A DNA stretch of 64,000 nucleotides from Candidatus Omnitrophota bacterium (GCA_014728075.1 WJMG01000027.1:696-64695), one strand, 5' to 3'; numbered from the stretch's first letter, positions 8,984 to 19,128 are shown. Program-made: numbers and translations. The notes: a model not told the origin generated them from the letters alone.

Positions 8984-9020
8984 AAGAAAAGGCCGGAGAG
9001 CGATCGCTCTCCGGCCTTCT
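8984..9020 (-). terminator. Rho-independent terminator downstream of the GH130 gene
   Basis: Hairpin GGCCGGAGAG-cgatcg-CTCTCCGGCC, followed by a T-run on the minus strand. Confidence 0.6.
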
Positions 9021-9052
9021 ATCTTTAACCGTACCCTCCGGAAGTCCGGTAA

Positions 9053-10000
9053 CTACCGGTTAAAGCACGCGTCGACAAGGTCGTCTATAGTCGAGGTCGC
9101 GAGGCATTGCACCGTATCGGCGCCGCCGTAATATATCTTCACTTCACCGTTATCCTCAGCCACCGCTCCACAGGTAAAAACAACATCATAGGTGAGCCCC
9201 CAGATCTCGTAATCGGTCGTGGGAGAGAGAATGGGAGCTTTTGCTCTTGCGACTATTCTGGAAGGATCGTTAAGATCAAGCAGCATTACTCCGAGGTGGT
9301 ACACATACTGGGCCGCGCACTGCACATTTACCGCGTGATAAATGACAAGCCACCCTTTATCTGTTCTTATGGGAACCGCTCCGGGGCCGTTCTTTTTCCA
9401 CCCCCATTCGTCCTGGCTTTGAGCCACGGCTCTGGATTGACCCCAGTGTATAAGGTCGGGGGAATAGGAAAGCCACATATACCCCTGTCCGTCACCCGTA
9501 TTAGGCCTGTCGAGGCGGCAATAAAGGCCGTTTATCTTTTCCGGGAAAAGCACTCCGTTACGGTTATCGGTCTCGGATATGAAATCCCTGAACTTGAACT
9601 CTTTCATGTCCGGGGATTCAAGGAGGCCGAGCCTGCAGGAATGCCCGCTATGGCACGCGAAAACCACATAATATTTGCCTTCCAGGAGAGTTACTCTGGG
9701 ATCGTAGTACATGCCTGTCGTATATTCCTTGAAATAATCGGTATCCGGCATCTTAATGGGCTCTTTTCTCATCTTGAAGTCTATACCGTTATCCGAGTCA
9801 GCGGGCCAGATGAACTGTTTCATCGAAGGTGTCTCCACCCTGCAGAGCATTACATATTTGCCTTCTTTGGTCTTTACGCATCCGGAATTATATACTCCTT
9901 TTGCCGCCGCGGGAACATCATCCTTTGTGAGTATGGGGTTCCCGGAATACCTCTGCACTATGTTCTCTTTTGTCTTTGGATATACTATAGGCTGTGACAT
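9053..10000 (-). CDS. Glycoside hydrolase family 130 (beta-mannoside phosphorylase-like, DUF377)
   Basis: 315 aa with five-bladed propeller-type motifs. I recognise it as GH130/PF04041 from the overall pattern (GxxYYGGAD, WGxSxxD). Confidence 0.8.
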   Translation of the reverse strand: MSQPIVYPKTKENIVQRYSGNPILTKDDVPAAAKGVYNSGCVKTKEGKYVMLCRVETPSMKQFIWPADSDNGIDFKMRKEPIKMPDTDYFKEYTTGMYYDPRVTLLEGKYYVVFACHSGHSCRLGLLESPDMKEFKFRDFISETDNRNGVLFPEKINGLYCRLDRPNTGDGQGYMWLSYSPDLIHWGQSRAVAQSQDEWGWKKNGPGAVPIRTDKGWLVIYHAVNVQCAAQYVYHLGVMLLDLNDPSRIVARAKAPILSPTTDYEIWGLTYDVVFTCGAVAEDNGEVKIYYGGADTVQCLATSTIDDLVDACFNR

Positions 10001-10092
10001 GTTACTCCTCTTTTTGAATTTTTAAAAATACCACCGAGCTTCCCGTGAGATGTATTTAACTATAATTCATACTGAAATTCAAGGATTTTTTA

Positions 10093-10127
10093 TAAAAAGC
10101 CCCGGGCTGTAGGGCCCGGGGCTTTTA
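10093..10127 (-). terminator. Bidirectional rho-independent terminator
   Basis: AAAAA is followed by GCCCCGGGC, loop tgtag(g), GCCCGGGGC and TTTT. Confidence 0.65.
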
Positions 10128-10146
10128 TCGGAAAGGACTTTCAGGT

Positions 10147-11190
10147 TCAGAACTCGATAACGGAATCGACGGTCCCGAAAATATTCTGTTCCCTTTTGGG
10201 GTTCTCCGGGTCGTAGGTCCAGTTATCGTCAACAAGGAATTTGTAACGGTACTTCCCTCTTTTAAGGTTAAAATGAGCGGACCAGGTGCCGTTCTCGAGC
10301 TTATTAAGGCGATTAGCCTCTGTCTTTTCCCATCCGTTAAAATCCCCGAGCACATAAACTTTGCCTGCCTTGGGGGCGTGCAGCATGAACTCTTTCATAA
10401 GTATATCGTGGCGGATCTTTTCGGCGGTAAGAAGCTCGCTGGTCATGTTGTAGAAATCAAGAGCCGAGGAACACTTGGGATCGTATTCGAAAATAGTCTT
10501 TCCGTTCTTAGCGGCTTCCTTTATCCTCACGCTCCCGCGTATCCTGGTCTCGAGAAGGTAGGGGCCGAGCTTATTCTTAGCGTCCGTCTCAAGCTGCCTG
10601 GCGAACCTCGTCCTCTGGTCGTATATGTTCAAAACAAAGAAAACCCCGGGCCGTCTTCCCGTCTCTTCCTCCAGCAGACCCGTAACCCTGTAAAGGCTGT
10701 TTATCCCGTTGAACGAAAAATAGCTCAGGTCCATGGGGACTATTATAGTATCGGCTGAATACATGGCGTTCAGCGTAAGGAAACCGAAACTGGGAGGAGA
10801 ATCTATTATCACATATTCGTACTGGTCGAAAAAAGGATCTTTAAGTGTATTCGACAATATAGCTGCCGCCCCGTTCATGCCCCCCAGGTTGATCTCGGCC
10901 GCGCTGAGCATCATGTTCGCGGGAATAAAGTGTAAAAGTTCTCTGTCGTTTATGACCAGTTCTTCGGTCGGGAACTGTATGTTATCAAAATGGGAACGGA
11001 ATATATCATAGGATGTACGCCGTTCGGAGGATCTCTCTGTATAGCCCATCGCGTAGGTAGCGTGAGCCTGCGGGTCCATATCTATAAGAAGCGTTTTGCT
11101 GCCCAGTCTCGAAAGCGCTGCGGCCATATTGACGGCAACGGTCGTCTTTCCGCAACCGCCTTTTTGGTTCGCGACAGATATTATCCTCAT
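10147..11190 (-). CDS. ParA/MinD-family P-loop ATPase fused to a C-terminal CBM48 / AMPK-beta glycogen-binding domain
   Basis: The N-terminus has the deviant Walker A KGGCGKTT and the ParA Walker B-like IIDSPP (PF01656/CbiA type). The last ~80 aa (GKVYVLGDFNGWEKT...YRYKFLVDDNWTYDPENPK...GTVDSVIEF) align residue-for-residue with the AMPK beta GBD (VYLSGSFNNW...YKFFVDGQWTHDPSEP...GTVNNIIQV). Confidence 0.8.
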   Translation of the reverse strand: MRIISVANQKGGCGKTTVAVNMAAALSRLGSKTLLIDMDPQAHATYAMGYTERSSERRTSYDIFRSHFDNIQFPTEELVINDRELLHFIPANMMLSAAEINLGGMNGAAAILSNTLKDPFFDQYEYVIIDSPPSFGFLTLNAMYSADTIIVPMDLSYFSFNGINSLYRVTGLLEEETGRRPGVFFVLNIYDQRTRFARQLETDAKNKLGPYLLETRIRGSVRIKEAAKNGKTIFEYDPKCSSALDFYNMTSELLTAEKIRHDILMKEFMLHAPKAGKVYVLGDFNGWEKTEANRLNKLENGTWSAHFNLKRGKYRYKFLVDDNWTYDPENPKREQNIFGTVDSVIEF

Positions 11191-11540
11191 TTTCCCTCCC
11201 CATACATTTTGTGGTATATACTCAAGAAAACAGCATATTTAGTGTTATTTTGATAAAAGTATAACACATGAATGTATATATGTAAACAGTAAAATAACTT
11301 AGATCCGGGGTCAGGGACGACGCTGAACGGGGGTTCTCTCTCTCAAAGGCTAAACGGTACTGCTGGCGGGGGCATCCTGCCCTTGAAAGCCGTATCTTAT
11401 TTTCTCTTCTTCCGCAACCGGGCTCTGAAAGGGCGCGCCCTGTTGCGTGCAGCCTTATGAAAATTTTGCCTATACTTTTGAACCGAAATTGTGTATGATA
11501 ATAATCATATTTTTAGCAACCGACCCTTCGTATAGTTGAG

Positions 11541-12401
11541 ATGATCCCTGAGAACATGCTTAATCAGAAAAAAGAGCGCGACGATATCGACGCGGAACTC
11601 TCGCGGACCTATTTCGGGCCGAGGCCTCATGCCCGCCCCCCGAAGAAGCCGGAAGTTTCACGGGCAAAAAAAATTGCACTTTTCTTCTCGGTCCTTATCA
11701 TCCTGGCCGCGGCGGGGACCTTTCTGTTCGTTATCGCCCGGAACAATGTCTCTTTCACTCTCAATGTGAACCTTGGAGAAACCCCGGAAGATACCGCGGG
11801 CGCGTCAATGTCATCCCCTTCCGGCATGGAATCTTCACTGCTTTACGGTTTCGAACAGAACGATAACAACTGGGAGATCCCGGCATGGGCCACCGTTAAA
11901 ACCGACCATGTCGCAAGCGGTCTCAAGAGAACGGACGAAACGGCAAGCCAGGGGCGCGGTTCTCTAGAGGTTTCAGCGGAAATGCCCTTCCGAAGATGGG
12001 CAGGCGCCCTGGTGGAAATACAGCAGTATCTCGACCTCTCCGGCTACGATCGCCTGGCGGCCGACATTTATCTTCCTCCTGAAGCACCTCCGGGGATGAA
12101 AGGCAAAATGATCCTTACTGTGGGAGAAGACTGGCGGTTCGTGGAGATGTCCTGGGGAAAGAAACTCGCACCCGGAAAATGGACCACCATAGAGGCCGAT
12201 ATTTCGGATTCCTCGCGGGACTGGAAACGCACGGTCGTGGACAGCGCTTTCCGCTCAGACATAAGAAAAATATCCCTCCGCGTCGAATCGGACAACAACC
12301 CCGCCTGGTCGGGAAAGATCTATTTCGACAATGTCAGGGTATTGAAGCCGGTTGTTGCCGAGGAAGAAAACCTCTCCGAAACAACTCCAGAAACGGATTA
12401 G
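11541..12401 (+). CDS. Bitopic membrane protein with C-terminal beta-sandwich (CBM-like) domain
   Basis: 286 aa with one TM helix (IALFFSVLIILAAAGTFLFVIA). The C-terminal GKIYFDNVRV is typical of CBM beta-sandwich endings. It is divergent from the ParA-CBM48 gene. Confidence 0.45.
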   Translation: MIPENMLNQKKERDDIDAELSRTYFGPRPHARPPKKPEVSRAKKIALFFSVLIILAAAGTFLFVIARNNVSFTLNVNLGETPEDTAGASMSSPSGMESSLLYGFEQNDNNWEIPAWATVKTDHVASGLKRTDETASQGRGSLEVSAEMPFRRWAGALVEIQQYLDLSGYDRLAADIYLPPEAPPGMKGKMILTVGEDWRFVEMSWGKKLAPGKWTTIEADISDSSRDWKRTVVDSAFRSDIRKISLRVESDNNPAWSGKIYFDNVRVLKPVVAEEENLSETTPETD

Positions 12402-12507
12402 ATCACTGACCACAGACAACAGACCACATATTTCCTATAAATGAGTGGTCCGTGGTCTGTAGACCGTCGGCAAGGCTATCGGCTACGAGCTGTGAGCTAG
12501 AAGCTGT

Positions 12508-12876
12508 CTAGTATATCCCCAGCTCCCTCAATCTATCATCGGATATCCCGAAATGGTGGGCCAGTTCGTGCTGGACGGTATGGGCCACAATACGGACTAT
12601 GTCTTCTTTGGACCGGCAGACCCTTTCTATATTCTCCTTGAAGATAGATACCTTATCCGGCATTACCTGCCCGTAATTATGGCTTCGCCTGGAAAGAGGA
12701 ACTCCCTGGTAAAGCCCCAGGACCATGCGCCTGTGCTTTGACCGGAGGAGTCGTGCCTGCTCCGGGGTAGGCCTGTCCTCTACAACAACATCCACATTGT
12801 CCAGTCTGTCCTTAAATATCCGCGGCAGATCTTCAATAGCTTTCACGACCAGCTGTTTGAATTCTTCTTTATCCAT
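12508..12876 (-). CDS. Zincin-like metallopeptidase, Zincin_1/DUF1025-type (HExxH)
   Basis: 122 aa with HELAHHFG near the C-terminus. Confidence 0.55.
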   Translation of the reverse strand: MDKEEFKQLVVKAIEDLPRIFKDRLDNVDVVVEDRPTPEQARLLRSKHRRMVLGLYQGVPLSRRSHNYGQVMPDKVSIFKENIERVCRSKEDIVRIVAHTVQHELAHHFGISDDRLRELGIY

Positions 12877-12933
12877 TAGGTTTGGGCTGGAGACATGCTG
12901 AACCCAGGCCTGAACCTGAGCCTGACTCTTAGG

Positions 12934-13965
12934 CTAAAACCCGAAAAGATCCTCGTCCGACGCTCCGGGCTCTTTTTCGAGTTCTTCCTCGAATTTCTTC
13001 GCCGCCGGAGGCAATTCCCCTGAACGCTCTTTAATGTAGTATTTCCTGTTCTTTATGGAAACGAAATTACTCCAGACCTTCCCTTCGGCGGACTGGCTTC
13101 TGCCTATCTCCTTTATGGCGTTGGCCTGGGAGGTAAGCTCGTCGGCGTGATAAACTATGGTCGCTTCCAGGGTCTTCGGAAGCACAGGAGACTGCTGTTC
13201 GTATTCACCGTGATGACTCAGGATTATATGTTCAAGCAGCATGCTGAGCTCCTCCGGGAAGCCTTCTATCGAGTTGATCTTTTCCATCAGCATCTTGTGC
13301 CCGATAACTATGTGGCCCACCAGTCCTCCCTCGACCGTGTACTCCGTCTTTTTAACATCCAGTTCATGGACTTTTCCTATATCGTGGATGAAAGCGCCGA
13401 AGAGCATTATATCCCTGTCGGCTTCGGGATACATAATACTCATGGCATCCACTATCCTCATAACTTCACGGGTATGTTCCATCAACCCGCCGATATAGGC
13501 ATTATGCCACATCTTGCCCCCCATGCCGTCCCGGAAAAACCTCATAAGCCCCTCGTCTCCGGTAAAGCGTTCCTTTAATTTCTTTATCCAGGGATCTTCT
13601 ATAGTATACAGAAGGCCCACTACCTCGTTGAAGATATCCTCCCGGTTTTCCGCCACGCGGACCATATCCTCGTACCTGTACATACGGTCATCGGCTTTCT
13701 CAAGAATGTCTATCTTAAATTGCTTTTCTTCACGGTATTTATCCACCGTCCCTTTTACGCGCACGACATCGCCCGCTTCGGCGGCCTGGTTGAATTTTTC
13801 GGCGTCATCCCATAGCCTGGCCTCTATTTTCCCGGTCTTGTCGGCGAGTGTTATATGAAGATAAGGCTTGTCGTATTTAGTGAGCTTGAGCTCCTTCTTG
13901 CTCATGATAAAGCAGGAATCCACCACTTCGTTCACCTGAAAATCCGATATGAATTTTTTAGCCAT
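12934..13965 (-). CDS. YhaM-like 3'-5' exonuclease (OB-fold + HD domain)
   Basis: It has an N-terminal OB-fold and an HD motif (HDIGKV...HH). Length is 343 aa. Confidence 0.65.
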   Translation of the reverse strand: MAKKFISDFQVNEVVDSCFIMSKKELKLTKYDKPYLHITLADKTGKIEARLWDDAEKFNQAAEAGDVVRVKGTVDKYREEKQFKIDILEKADDRMYRYEDMVRVAENREDIFNEVVGLLYTIEDPWIKKLKERFTGDEGLMRFFRDGMGGKMWHNAYIGGLMEHTREVMRIVDAMSIMYPEADRDIMLFGAFIHDIGKVHELDVKKTEYTVEGGLVGHIVIGHKMLMEKINSIEGFPEELSMLLEHIILSHHGEYEQQSPVLPKTLEATIVYHADELTSQANAIKEIGRSQSAEGKVWSNFVSIKNRKYYIKERSGELPPAAKKFEEELEKEPGASDEDLFGF

Positions 13966-14103
13966 GATCTCTCCCGTATATTTTTTCCTGAACGAATATC
14001 GAAGACCGGGGCATCAAACCCGATACGCCCCTGAAATCCCTGTTTTCTCTCTTCACTCGATCCTGCGCGCTATATCCCGGCTGCGATACCCCGGCAGCCG
14101 CGG

Positions 14104-17100
14104 CTACCCCCAGCATATATTATCGTATTCACATCTCGCGCATCTCTCCCGGCCGTCCCTCTCCGGGAGCTTTTCAAAGCGCAGATCCCGTATTTTATCC
14201 CAGCATTCGCTTATTACCTTAAGCAGATCATCGACCATACCGTCGGTCAGTTCCACCGATTCGTCGCGGTACACGCCTTTTTCCAGGCCGTATTTTTTCA
14301 CCGTATCGCTCGCGGGTTCCAGGAACTGCAGAACACCTTTTGCGACCTTTTTCCCCGCGCCCCCCCCGCTCCGCTCATAAAGCATCTTGTAAGCGATAAG
14401 CTGGCGGTAATAATCGTCGCATTTGTAGCTTGAAAGGTCCCTGCAGTTGGCAATAGCCTTGATGTGTTTGTCGGGTTTCCCTGTCTTGTAGTCTACGACC
14501 CTGATACTGTCGGATGTTTCTTTTTCTATCTTATCGAAAGTGCCTCGGAAGATCAGACCGTCCGGGAGAGGGACCTCAAGTTTATTCTCCAGATCGATCG
14601 GCATGACGGGGTCCCGGGCCTGAAGAAGATACCAGTCCTCGACCTGTTCCAGTTTAGTAACACACCACTTGTTCACGGGGTCGCTGCCCCCCTGATACTG
14701 GAGCTCGTCAAGAAAAGAAGCCCTGAAATCGCTGAAAGCCGGGAACGGCCTGCCCTCCATGTAAATGGAATAGACCTCCTCCAGGGCCTTGTGCGCGCAG
14801 TTGCCGAATATCAGGTGCTGGTTCTTCCTTCCGGGAAGTTTAAGCACATTATCGTAAAGGAATTTCCTGCCGCATTCTATGTAGTTATTAAGGCTGGTAG
14901 GATTAAGCGTAAGGTTTGCGACCAGGTCCTTCAGGATACCGTCCGTATCCTGAAAGGGGTCTTCTTTCCTGGTACCCGCAAGAAAAACCCTGAGAAATGA
15001 TTCCTCGTCCTCGGGAGAACCGGGGACCGGATCTAAGGGCATCCCGTCGAAAAACCTGCTCGTTACGGATTTTTCTCCCGGGGTCGAGGTATAGACCAGG
15101 TTGGCCTTAGCCCTTGTGGAGGCAACATAAAAAAGTCTCAGTTCGTCGTAAAGCTCAAGTTCTTTCATCTTTTTCTTTTCTTCGATCTTTTCCTTACTCT
15201 TGTTTATTTCGGAAGGTATCCTTATGACTTCCCCTTTTCTTCGCACCGGCCAGCTCTTTCTTTCAAGGCAAAAAGGAAGGAAGACCGTATAGAATTCAAG
15301 ACCTTTCGAGGAATGAGCGGTATAGACCCTGACCCCGTCCTGGCTGAAAGTCGCCATTTCACCTTTTACCGGCATGGCGTGTGTTTCCCTCAGCTCCATC
15401 TCCTTCATGAATTCCCCGAGCCTGATCCCCGGACGCGCTATATCCGCCTGCTTTATCATATTGACGAAAGATACCAGAGCCCTGAGATCCCTTACTTTAA
15501 GGACTTTGTCATCAGAGTATTTTTCCAGTATGAACCTGTAAAGCCCGGAATCGTTTATATACCTGAGAAGAAGATCATGTACAGGGATCTGTCCGGAACC
15601 GGAAATAAGGCGGTCTATCACCCACGCCGCCCGGCGCATGGAATAAGGGTCTTTAAGACCCATCGACAGGACCTCCGGCGGAAGATCGTTTCCGTCTTCG
15701 CGCGGCATGACGGGGTCCCGGTCACCGTCCCTTTCGAAGCGTCCGAAGTGTTCCATGAACTTCTGATAAAGGTTGATCGACCTGTACTTATCTCCTCCTT
15801 CCCGTCTGGCGGAACTCTTCGCGGAATTAACGAACGAAATGAATTTGAGCAGGTCCGAGTGCTCGACCGAAAGGTAATCCGATATCAGCACCCTGTAAAG
15901 GGCCAGGGATTTCCCCTCCATATCCGGGACCGGATTACCGGCCAGCTCGAGCACATCCAGCATCTGGCGTACGCGTTTTTCGTTCCGTATATCTTCCCGG
16001 CCGTCGGTAGCGTAAGGGATACCCGCCTTCAGGAAAGCGTCTACCACTTTCAGTATATGAGACCTTTTTCTCACGAGGACCGCTATATTGTTCAAAGGCT
16101 TGGACCTTTCCTCTTCCGTAAGGCCCGGGTCTTTCCGTATGTTCTCGGCCTGAGACTTTATCTCCTCCACCAAAAAGGCCAATTCTTCCTCTTCGGTCAT
16201 GAACTCCCTTAGCTCTATCTTGCCGGAAGAGTAATCTTGCCGGGGATCCAGCTCCTTGGCCTCGATCCTCTCTTCCCGCGGTATTTGTGAGATTATCCCT
16301 GATGAAGCCTTGATGATCCCCCCGGTCGACCTGTAATTATCCCTCAGGGTTATGGTCTCGATGGAGGGCAGCCTCTCTTTAAGCACGCGAAAATTGGAAA
16401 GCGTTGCGCCCTGGAACCTGTATATGGCCTGGTCGTCGTCACCCACACAGCAGAGATTGGGCCGGCCCGCGTCCATTATGGAAAAAAGGAGTTCCAGCTG
16501 AGCGCCGTTAGTATCCTGGTATTCATCGACCATTATGTACCTGTACTGCTCTTTAAGCGCTCCCCTGAGGCCGTCCTCCCGGGCCAGAGCGTCAAGGGCT
16601 ACCAGTATCATGTCATCGTAGTCTATCCTGCCTCTTTCATCGAAAACACCGCTTTCCCCGGTCTGTTTGATGTTCTCGTACCCTTCGTAAATAAGCGAGA
16701 GCTCCTTGAGACGGCGGAGATGTTTTTCCTCGAAACTAACGCCGTCCGGTTCAAGCCGGGAAACCGAATCCTTTAGTTCCCCGGGGGTTATACCCTCGTT
16801 CTTCAGTTCACTTATCTTTTTCTCTATTTCAGATCGGTGTATGTACGGCGCCCCGAAAGGCCTCAACCCGTTTATGCCTTCCAGATTATCTATAAGATGC
16901 TCTATGGCCCGCACCTTTTCTATCTCGCTTATTTCGATCTTATCTTTTACATATTCGACGGCCCATTCGGATTCAAGGACGATCGAATTCGCGAAACTGT
17001 GGAAAGTCTCTATTTCGGCATTATAGCCGTCATGGCCTATAAGGCTAACCAGCCTGTCGCGCATGGCCCGCGCTCCGGCGTTCGTAAAGGTGAGTATGAG

Positions 17101-17337
17101 TATATTCGAAGGGGAAATGCCGCGTTTCCGTAAAATGTTCGCGGCGCGTATCGAAAGAAGCTGGGTTTTCCCGGTCCCGGGACCCGCGAGCACGAGAAGC
17201 GGCCCCTCGGTCCTGTCAACGGCCTGTTTCTGGAATTTATTGAGCTTTTTGTAATGGTCTTCGTAAGACGCCATAGGTAATTTCAGCGATCCGGTCTCCC
17301 GGGTTAAATGCGACAAAGGACCGCGGACTCCGGACAC
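14104..17337 (-). CDS. UvrD/PcrA-family SF1 helicase fused to C-terminal PD-(D/E)xK nuclease with Cas4/AddB-like Cys cluster
   Basis: 1077 aa. The N-terminus carries Walker A (AGPGTGKTQ). The C-terminus has DYKTGKP and a terminal RCARCEYDNICW, indicating a RecB-like nuclease with a probable Fe-S cluster. Confidence 0.8.
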   Translation of the reverse strand: MSGVRGPLSHLTRETGSLKLPMASYEDHYKKLNKFQKQAVDRTEGPLLVLAGPGTGKTQLLSIRAANILRKRGISPSNILILTFTNAGARAMRDRLVSLIGHDGYNAEIETFHSFANSIVLESEWAVEYVKDKIEISEIEKVRAIEHLIDNLEGINGLRPFGAPYIHRSEIEKKISELKNEGITPGELKDSVSRLEPDGVSFEEKHLRRLKELSLIYEGYENIKQTGESGVFDERGRIDYDDMILVALDALAREDGLRGALKEQYRYIMVDEYQDTNGAQLELLFSIMDAGRPNLCCVGDDDQAIYRFQGATLSNFRVLKERLPSIETITLRDNYRSTGGIIKASSGIISQIPREERIEAKELDPRQDYSSGKIELREFMTEEEELAFLVEEIKSQAENIRKDPGLTEEERSKPLNNIAVLVRKRSHILKVVDAFLKAGIPYATDGREDIRNEKRVRQMLDVLELAGNPVPDMEGKSLALYRVLISDYLSVEHSDLLKFISFVNSAKSSARREGGDKYRSINLYQKFMEHFGRFERDGDRDPVMPREDGNDLPPEVLSMGLKDPYSMRRAAWVIDRLISGSGQIPVHDLLLRYINDSGLYRFILEKYSDDKVLKVRDLRALVSFVNMIKQADIARPGIRLGEFMKEMELRETHAMPVKGEMATFSQDGVRVYTAHSSKGLEFYTVFLPFCLERKSWPVRRKGEVIRIPSEINKSKEKIEEKKKMKELELYDELRLFYVASTRAKANLVYTSTPGEKSVTSRFFDGMPLDPVPGSPEDEESFLRVFLAGTRKEDPFQDTDGILKDLVANLTLNPTSLNNYIECGRKFLYDNVLKLPGRKNQHLIFGNCAHKALEEVYSIYMEGRPFPAFSDFRASFLDELQYQGGSDPVNKWCVTKLEQVEDWYLLQARDPVMPIDLENKLEVPLPDGLIFRGTFDKIEKETSDSIRVVDYKTGKPDKHIKAIANCRDLSSYKCDDYYRQLIAYKMLYERSGGGAGKKVAKGVLQFLEPASDTVKKYGLEKGVYRDESVELTDGMVDDLLKVISECWDKIRDLRFEKLPERDGRERCARCEYDNICWG

Positions 17338-17361
17338 CGTTCCCCGGGACCCGCGGAAAGA

Positions 17362-17967
17362 TCATCTCCTGGTGATCTGGAAGATAGCGTTCAGCGCCAG
17401 CAGGTTCGGTATGAACCTTACCGGCCCCCTGTCCGAAAGAAATACCTTCTTTTCAACTACGAGACCTCTTTCCGAGCAAAATTTCAGGAAATCCTTTACG
17501 CTCAGAAAATGAAGGTTAGGGGTGTTGTACCAGGCATACGGCAGGGAACGGGTGACGGGGACATGTCCTCCGAAAAAGATCTGAAAACGGGCGTTGATGT
17601 GGCAAAAGTTCGGAAAACCTATTATGACCTTCGCGCCGACACGCAACGCCTCTTTGATAGCTTCCAGGGGATCCTGGACCTGCTGCATCGTCTGGTTAAA
17701 GATAACAAAATCGAAAAGCCCGTCGGGATATTCCTTCAGGCCCGAGTCTATATCCCCCTGGGAAACGCTCAGGCCTTTTTCCACGCAATTATATATGGCC
17801 TCTTCGCTGATCTCCACACCGCTGCCCCTTACTTTCTTATTGGAAACAAGGTACTCGAGAAGGTCTCCGTCACCGCATCCCAGGTCCAGCACCGTAGCGC
17901 CCTCGGACACCATCTCCCCTATCACTTTATGATCTATTCTCAGATCTTCTTTTCTTTTACTTGTCAT
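17362..17967 (-). CDS. metW: Methionine biosynthesis protein MetW
   Basis: 201 aa with an [11 protein letters not shown]-MTase-like motif, immediately after metX. Confidence 0.8.
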   Translation of the reverse strand: MTSKRKEDLRIDHKVIGEMVSEGATVLDLGCGDGDLLEYLVSNKKVRGSGVEISEEAIYNCVEKGLSVSQGDIDSGLKEYPDGLFDFVIFNQTMQQVQDPLEAIKEALRVGAKVIIGFPNFCHINARFQIFFGGHVPVTRSLPYAWYNTPNLHFLSVKDFLKFCSERGLVVEKKVFLSDRGPVRFIPNLLALNAIFQITRR

Positions 17968-19120
17968 TGTGGCCCTTCTGCCGCCTGTGCGTGGTATTGA
18001 GAAAATGTTTTATCAGTTTGGTCTCTTCCTCGAACTCAAGAAGGAACGCGTCGTGCCCGTAATCTGAACTTATCTCACAGAAAGTCACATCTATACCGTT
18101 CATCTTGAGAGCTTTCACTATCTCTTTGGACTGAAAAGAGGGATAAAGCCAGTCTGAGGAAAAAGAGATCACCATGAACCGCGAAGCGACCTCCTTGAAA
18201 GCTTTGCTGAGCTTATCATCTTTCTGCAGGTCAAAATAATCCATGGCCTTGGTTATGTAAAGGTACGAATTGGCGTCAAAGCGTTTAACGAAGGAATCGC
18301 CTCTGTACCTCAGATATCCTTCCACTTCGAATTCCGAAGTGAACTCGTAGCCGAGTTTCTCCTTTTTGAGGACTCGCCCGAATTTCTTTTCCATGGACTC
18401 GTTGCTCATGTAAGTTATATGGCCTATCATCCGGGCGACCGCAAGGCCCGCCGAGGGATGCCCCTTTTCGTAATAATCGCCCCCGTTCCAGGCCGGGTCG
18501 GACATTATAGCCTGCCTGCCCACCTCGCTGAAAGCTATCTGCTGGGCTGAATGTTTATAGGTTGTAGCTATGGGTATACAGGAGGCTACAGCATCGGGAT
18601 AAAGTACGGCCCATTGAAGAGCCTGCATACCTCCCATCGAACCTCCGCAAACGGACAAAAGCCTCTTGATGCCGAAAGAGTCGATCAGGACCTTCTGTGC
18701 GTTCACCATATCCTTTATCGTCACCAGCGGAAAACTCAGGCCGTAAGGTTTACCCGTACGGGGATCAAGGGAATTGGGGCCGCTCGAGCCTTTGCATCCT
18801 CCTATTATATTGGAACATACCACGAAATACTTATCCGTATCGAACGCTTTCCCCGGACCTATCATTTCATGCCACCATCCGGGTTTTTTTTCGCCCCTGT
18901 AGTATCCGGCAGCGTGGGCATCACCCGAAAGCGCGTGGCATATGAGCACCGCGTTGCTTTTCCGGGCATTAAGCTTTCCGTATGTTTCGTATGCGATCTT
19001 GAGCTCGGGCAGCTTCAACCCGCTTTCCAGGAGGAACATCTCCCCCTCGGGAAGGTTGAAATACTTCAGCTCCACTAAACCGGGTTCTTTCGTATATTTA
19101 TCTATGTTCTTTGCGTTCAT
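17957..19120 (-). CDS. metX: Homoserine O-acetyltransferase MetX
   Basis: Alpha/beta hydrolase with GGSMGG. Start set at MNAKNI (ATG 19120), which has an AGGAAG RBS. Confidence 0.85.
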   Translation of the reverse strand: MNAKNIDKYTKEPGLVELKYFNLPEGEMFLLESGLKLPELKIAYETYGKLNARKSNAVLICHALSGDAHAAGYYRGEKKPGWWHEMIGPGKAFDTDKYFVVCSNIIGGCKGSSGPNSLDPRTGKPYGLSFPLVTIKDMVNAQKVLIDSFGIKRLLSVCGGSMGGMQALQWAVLYPDAVASCIPIATTYKHSAQQIAFSEVGRQAIMSDPAWNGGDYYEKGHPSAGLAVARMIGHITYMSNESMEKKFGRVLKKEKLGYEFTSEFEVEGYLRYRGDSFVKRFDANSYLYITKAMDYFDLQKDDKLSKAFKEVASRFMVISFSSDWLYPSFQSKEIVKALKMNGIDVTFCEISSDYGHDAFLLEFEEETKLIKHFLNTTHRRQKGHNDK

Positions 19121-19128
19121 TATTCTTC

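Noticed and set aside
9107-9997. 296-aa plus-strand ORF
   Set aside because: It is antisense to the GH130 gene, which has clear family similarity.
15313-16212. 299-aa plus-strand ORF
   Set aside because: It is antisense within the UvrD-like helicase gene.
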